DNA of 64,000 bases from the NCBI GenBank assembly GCA_051530055.1, contig CM121343.1, positions 1,458,389 to 1,522,388 of the forward strand, in the 5' to 3' direction. The DNA is from Neoechinorhynchus agilis (Eukaryota > Animalia > Acanthocephala). How positions within the stretch are numbered: the stretch's first letter is position 1; each line of letters begins with the position of its first letter. Below the pieces are notes generated by a model, which had not been told where the DNA came from, made no database searches, and saw nothing but the letters and a program-made list of their open reading frames with translations. A program made the position numbers and the translations under genes. Below are positions 58,360 through 64,000 of this stretch, piece after piece.

Positions 58360-60009
58360 CGTATCCCCAATTTCGATTTTTTTTTATGAATTTGCAGTGC
58401 TACTAATTTTTACTTACCGTCCAAGATAACGTTTGTCGCAAATCCGATTCCTTCTAATCTGTTAAATCAATGATAACCGAAGAAATCAGTCGTATTCTTG
58501 AATTATAATTGATTCGTTCAAATCCTTTTGTGAGGATTTGTAAGTAATGCAACTACTTAAAGGGCCCTACCTAGGACTTCATTTAACAACCTGAAAAGAT
58601 AAAGAAGTCAGTTTTTTAAAAGCCTTATCGATGAATTTGGGGAAAAAGCAAACACTCATATCCGCGCATCTCATTTCAATGATCCCTCGTTCATAGTATT
58701 TTCTATAGCTATTAAAAAATTAAAAGCGCTATCTATGTTCATTTCGCAAACAGTAAAACATTGATTAGATGGTTAATATTTGATGGTATATTTCAAATTT
58801 TGTATTAAGCTAAAAGATCCGATAAGGCTAATAATTCTACGTAGTTTGAAGGTTCTCAGAAATAAAGTTATTGTCCAGTAAAGAGTTGGCAATATTACGA
58901 ATTTGACGTTAAAAGGTTAAATAAGAATGCATTTGGTATTGAAAATAATGTTGCATATTCATGTTTGGATCCCGATGAGGTCTACGTTCAATTTCTCTTT
59001 TCTTATTGCCTGTGTTGAAAAATTCACAAGCTTATACTTTACTCTATTAAATATCTCTACTGTAGTGAGTTTTATACCTTACGTTTTGAATGAAGCGGAA
59101 GTTGGTTGAACTATATCGGCATAACTTTGAGCTTGTAAGATTTACATCTAGCGAAGACATCATCGGAATTGAAAGTGTTTGAAATCCCAAACGACGACCA
59201 TCTTTTAAAATCGTAGAATAATTTAATCACGAATGCATCAAAATTCCTTTATGTTCCGCCCCAAGAGCTCGACTGGCGAGTGTTGCCGAATTGCGTGCAA
59301 AAGACATATCTGATTTCTAATCCGAGGGTTGATCAGATTATCGCGATAAGAATTAATTCTAATTTTTGAGTTGCTAACTTTGTTTTGCTTTTTCGCGATC
59401 TTATGCTAGTTGTTTAAGTGGAAAGATTACAAATTTGAAGAGAATGTGAAAAGGAAGGATAAATAGCAAAATGGCATTTTTGACTTTGATCGAGCTCCTA
59501 AAATTATTGATCGTGATTCAAGCAAACAAATTTCTCAAAAATAAACTCTTATAATTACTTGAGTCATGGGTTTTGAGGGGATTTTGGGATGTCGTCAAGT
59601 ATCAACCTCGGTCAAGAATTTCCTAGACAATAATTCCGATAACTTCAACAATGTTCATGAAAAACAATGCAAATATTTATGGAAGACCGCCTCCGCTTGT
59701 TCGAACACTTGGCTAACCTCGCAGGCGGTGTCCACACACGACAAAGTTGGTCATTTTCGCATAAATTGAATACAAGGGAGGCTGTTTTTTTAGGGACAAG
59801 CGATTGATTTACGTTTCTCTCTTACGGTCAATCGTCAAAAAACTATTTTCCGGCACACAAAACTTCAAGTGGTAAAGCGTATATTTATGTATATAGTTTA
59901 CATGAAATGATGACAAGCATGCCGTTAGTATCCCTTTATGAGAACAACTTTCTCGACAAGACACGGTTGACTAAAGCAATCATGGTCTAGAGTTTGTGCA
60001 TTGCCGATT

Positions 60010-62058
60010 TCAAGAAGGTCCGTAACCCGTCCTTGCATTTATATTGCGATCTAACTGTCTTTTATTGGAATTCGATGTATTCCTCACATTTAGTTGATCT
60101 TCTGTTCCATAAGTGATTGCGTATAGACACTTGGTCAAGGGAACACATAGCTCATTGTTGCAGGCAGCCAGGCGTGCGATTTCGGTTCTTTGATTTGATT
60201 TGAAGTAGTCGTTGGCAAAAGGACAAGTTGCAATGTTCCTGAGAATTAGGGCAGCGGATAATCGGAATGACCTGCTCATGTGATCCACCTCGAAGATGGG
60301 TGTTTCTCCCAATGCTTGGATGTCCAATGGAATGCGTCTATCTTCTGTAAGAGAATCGGATATGTCTCGAGCGGTTTTTCCGAGATTACTAGTGATTCCG
60401 ATCGGATTTCTCAGTAAATGGTCTTTTATATGAACTGCAAATGACCATACAGGTCTTGGGTATGGAGAAGGACATCCACGCCACTTGCACTTGATTGCTT
60501 TTAGTGGCCTTATATCGAAATGAGTTTCGAGGAAGTGTCGGTGCAAGTGTTTGAGTGAGGCACAACGACACGTACAATAGTCCCAACTACATTCGTAGAG
60601 GTGCACCGGTCTTGGATTTAGGATGAAATCATAAGTTTTCAAGACATTTTCCGATATCACACATTGAGAGCTCATTCGATTGACCAAAAGAAGTTGTGAG
60701 CAAATCGCACGAGTTTCAAGATCGTTTTCAGAATAAAATTCGATGGTGGATACCAACACTTTGCACACGTCTTCACAGGTTCGAAAATCTTCATTTGTAG
60801 GGCAACTAAGTTTCGCACGTTTAGCGTCTATATAATCCTCGGAGTCATCATCCAGTGTTCTCCGTCTAGCTGTTTGATTCGTCCCTCCGATAGAATTTGA
60901 AGAAACTCCTGAGCCACAAACATTGCCGACTGTTTCGCGGTCGCTAAGAGTGCCGCCATTAAAGGTTGCATTTTCTTTGACATTTAATCCAAAAATGAGA
61001 TCATCCTTATAGAAAGCAGAAGGAAACACATTGAACAGAGTCCGATAGATATAATTTTTGCCAATATAATGAAACTTGGGTAGAAACGGAGCTGAAGCAA
61101 CCATTGCGATTATGTCGCGCGAATGGAGACAAACCGAAGGTGAAGCTTCAAATAAGGACTTCATCCAGTCTCGTATTTGAAGGTCGAGCCGATTTGAATT
61201 CTCAATGGTTAGTTGTTTAAAATTGCCTTCAAAAGATGGGTAATATCGGGAAATCGCGTTTACACGGAGCATCGATACGAGCGAGGAAATGAGATCCGCA
61301 ACATATGGCTTGTCAGCTAATGACAGGCTGCCATTCAGTTCAAGTGTTATTCCATATAGGCACTCGAGTGTCGAGGTGGTTACACCTGCGTCTTTTAGCT
61401 TAGTTAACTGTGTTACTCGTTCAAGTAAACTAAATTCGCTACCACGACTCCGAGTAAGGCCAAGAGCCAATTTCCTGCTTCTGTCATTTCTGCAGAGTCC
61501 GGCAATCATATCAAGACCGGTAATTACGTCCAAGCGATCTTGCGAACAGCACGTAAGGTACCGAATGGTCCATAAGACAAATTCGGATTTTTTAGTTTCA
61601 AGGTCGCTGAAACAAAGACTACTACACATCTCTACGAGGCAATCGCACGCGTCACGTTTCGCTCCGGCTACAAAAGGACTGGAACGGCTGGCAGCCATAG
61701 CAGCGATGATATAAAGCGCGTATGGATGCTCGATTATAATATCGGCATTCGCAGGATTTCGTCGGAGATTGCGGATAATGCAAATTACTTGCTCAACTAC
61801 CATTTGTTCATTGATCAACAGGACGTCTTGATATACCATTTGCTCAACGGTACGATCTTGACTATCCGTTCTTTTAGACGTTTGATCGTCTTTTGCTTCA
61901 TTCAGTAACGAAACCAGTGTTGGTGGCATAGAACAAGTCGCGTCACTTATCAGTTTACTAACCATAGTCACGGTCAAATGTCTTCTCCAATACAAATCCA
62001 TTCTTAATTGGTTTAAAGTTTTCCACCATTTTCTCGAAAGATCGCGTACGGAAGGCTT
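60010..62058 (-). CDS. ARID2: ARID2/BAF200, downstream exon
   Basis: RKWWK..MDLYW, VICIIRNL, two C2H2 fingers (CSWDYC..HLHRH; CKWRGC..HIKDH) and the terminal RLSAALILRNIA. Confidence 0.88.
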   Translation of the reverse strand, partial: KPSVRDLSRKWWKTLNQLRMDLYWRRHLTVTMVSKLISDATCSMPPTLVSLLNEAKDDQTSKRTDSQDRTVEQMVYQDVLLINEQMVVEQVICIIRNLRRNPANADIIIEHPYALYIIAAMAASRSSPFVAGAKRDACDCLVEMCSSLCFSDLETKKSEFVLWTIRYLTCCSQDRLDVITGLDMIAGLCRNDRSRKLALGLTRSRGSEFSLLERVTQLTKLKDAGVTTSTLECLYGITLELNGSLSLADKPYVADLISSLVSMLRVNAISRYYPSFEGNFKQLTIENSNRLDLQIRDWMKSLFEASPSVCLHSRDIIAMVASAPFLPKFHYIGKNYIYRTLFNVFPSAFYKDDLIFGLNVKENATFNGGTLSDRETVGNVCGSGVSSNSIGGTNQTARRRTLDDDSEDYIDAKRAKLSCPTNEDFRTCEDVCKVLVSTIEFYSENDLETRAICSQLLLVNRMSSQCVISENVLKTYDFILNPRPVHLYECSWDYCTCRCASLKHLHRHFLETHFDIRPLKAIKCKWRGCPSPYPRPVWSFAVHIKDHLLRNPIGITSNLGKTARDISDSLTEDRRIPLDIQALGETPIFEVDHMSRSFRLSAALILRNIATCPFANDYFKSNQRTEIARLAACNNELCVPLTKCLYAITYGTEDQLNVRNTSNSNKRQLDRNINARTGYGPS

Positions 62059-63243
62059 ATCTCATAATGCTAAAAGGAAATGAAAGATGTTTTACCCGAT
62101 AATGCTCAAATTCGATGAAAAACATGAAAAGTCAATATCCACTCAGTGATTGAAGAAAACACCGAAGACTCGAGGCATTTCCAAGCGACTATAGTTCATG
62201 TTCCACCGACCACGATTTTGGAATGAACGTAGGTGTAAAAACACAAAACGTAGCCACAATCGCCGATCAAAGCGATTTCAAGTAAGATCCAGCAATCACA
62301 TTGGTGTGGCGAGTTTTGGCAAGCTTGTACCAGTCGACTGGATGAAAAATTCCCGTCGCCGAGAATCCGAAAGCTTTCCGCAACCCCTGCATTTGGATAA
62401 GAGATTTAGAATGAAATGATCTTCACATTGCTCATCAAATCAGATTGACACAAGGTAGGAAGAGTTAGTATTCTCCACAATTCTAACATCACCTATCGCC
62501 TTCTGACGACTTGTCTCTTGTCTTCACCCACTTCTAAGGTGACGTTATAAATCAATGTCTACGAGGAAATACTCGACTGCCACACGAATACGTGCCAAGC
62601 TCAACTGCATCACAATCAGCCGAAAAAAAGTTGGTCGTGTTTCTTTGACTACCAAACACTTCGTGTTTATATTCATTACGCAAAGATGCCGATATTCAGT
62701 CGATACCAATCAATTAGAAGCTCAAATTTACAGCCAATTTAGAAACTATAGTGTGAATAGTTGTTCTAGACGACAAAAACAACAACCGAAGTACAATCGT
62801 AAATTTCACCAGGCAGTATTCACTGGATAATTTACAATAACAACATTTTAATGCTCCCTTTTTTATTAAGCTGCTTAGCCTCTGCAGTGGAAATATAGCG
62901 TCGCGAATGAAAACAAATAATTATTATTTTTGCGTAGTAGCACCTAGACAAAAGGGATAAGATAATCGGCTAAAACTCGCGAAAGATCCGGGCGATTCAA
63001 TTTTTATTATTAGCATTGATATGCACCCTAGGCAGCCAAATAAATCATGCATCTAAGTCGAAACATTGCTGAAGTATTGGATAGTTAGCATGGTCGACGA
63101 ATAAATGTTACGCAAATATTTGTTTAAACTTAAATGATCGTCCCTTGGTTGAGGCAAGCGATCCCATTTCTCTCTTCTACGCAAAATGATTTCAAAAACC
63201 TTCCAGATTATGAAGCGGAAATCAAATTATGAGATAAAGCTCT
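62059..63243 (-). other. ~1.19-kb intron bounded by terminal inverted repeats (MITE-like); ends AG..AT, AG..AG or GC..AG
   Basis: GCTTTATCTCATAAT (63240-63226) and ATTATGAGATAAGC (62068-62055) on the minus strand; in-frame join HLKE|KPSVRDL. Confidence 0.7.
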
Positions 63244-64000
63244 TTCCTTTAAATGAGCAGGAGGGAATCCAATGTGTGCAAGCATTAAATCAATTAAAGT
63301 CATGCACCTTGGAATAACTGGTGGAGTGAACGACACTTCACAGGCGATCCTAATAAGTTCATTGAGACAATGAACAAGTTCGTTGGGATATCCGCTCTGA
63401 AGAGCCAGTATTGAACTACTGATAATTTTGTCAATACCATTATCACTCGTTGCTTCGCTTACCGCCACTGCTGCCGCTGCGGATTTGTACGATGATGGTG
63501 GAACATGCATTAAACTACTTTGATTGGACTGACATGGACTAGAGGCAGAAATCATTTTGCTGGCTAAATGCATTTGTTGCTGCTTCCTGATAAACATTGC
63601 CGGTGACTGAACGTCCAAAAGTACCCGTGAATTCCTAGATCCTCCATTGAACCCACCGGTGAACATGTTACCTTCCTGCAATTTCGAGGCGTCATTGCTC
63701 TTTTCCGGCAGAAGTTCAAACGGCTTAGAAACATAGACAGGGCTGTTCATCTTATCAAACGAATAAAGGTACGAATAGTAAACACTTTTTATGGCTTCTG
63801 ATCCATTTACCAAATCGGAATTTAGACCGTATTGATCAGCCATGCCAGCCCAAAGGTTCCGGTCACTTACTCGCTCTGGTCCGCCACATGCCTTCACAGC
63901 GCGTGATAGTTCATAGAGGTCTATACGTTTGTTCGATATATGAGGAGTCGGTAATTGATCAAGCCGATGGAAAGAAGCCAATCGATTGAAGAAATCCTGA
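63244..64000 (-). CDS. ARID2: ARID2/BAF200, upstream exon (ARID domain; start lies beyond the window)
   Basis: PHISNKRIDLYELSRAVKACGGPERVS..W..YYSYLYSF (ARID); SILALQSGYPNE and LIDLMLAHIG match the ARID2 armadillo-like region. Confidence 0.88.

Noticed and set aside
59075-59330. Possible MRGBP/Eaf7-like remnant on the minus strand (QICLLHAIRQHSPV, CIRD, LPLHSK then GTAAGG)
   Set aside because: The similarity is spread over three frames with several stops; I cannot support it without a profile search.
62070-62071. Canonical-looking acceptor (TTTCCTTTTAG) for the ARID2 intron
   Set aside because: It is followed by an in-frame TGA (62064-62062) in the ARID2 frame.
1-64000. CRISPR arrays, rRNA, tRNA, telomeric repeats, prokaryotic operons
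   Set aside because: None seen. The sequence is eukaryotic and the repeats are TE-derived or segmental.

Overview
AT-rich animal genomic DNA; FoxO and ARID2 indicate a metazoan, and the species cannot be determined from the sequence. Roughly 1-45.5 kb is a patchwork of nested, truncated and rearranged retroelements: at least five diverged subfamilies of a compact APE-RT LINE with a zinc-knuckle ORF1, several Penelope-like (GIY-YIG) elements with minimal hammerhead ribozymes, CRE-like RT-RLE elements, two Gypsy families and a CR1/L2-like LINE. It also holds a near-identical segmental duplication (7811-12870 vs 16280-24107). Roughly 46-64 kb carries host genes among further TE fragments (including an RTE): a TLC-domain gene, a ubiquitin-like ORF with an internal TGA, FoxO and ARID2. 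Two signals stand out. (1) Two highly diverged LINEs sit head-to-tail inside a third, related LINE, with the same 11-mer ATCATGGATAA at all three junctions, and the outer flanks re-join in frame. This suggests repeated site-specific insertion into a relative. (2) ARID2 and the TLC gene are interrupted by insertions bounded by inverted repeats, whose best homology-restoring removal uses non-GT/AG ends, while FoxO keeps a canonical intron at its ancestral position. TE boundaries are by-eye estimates; no alignments or database searches were run.
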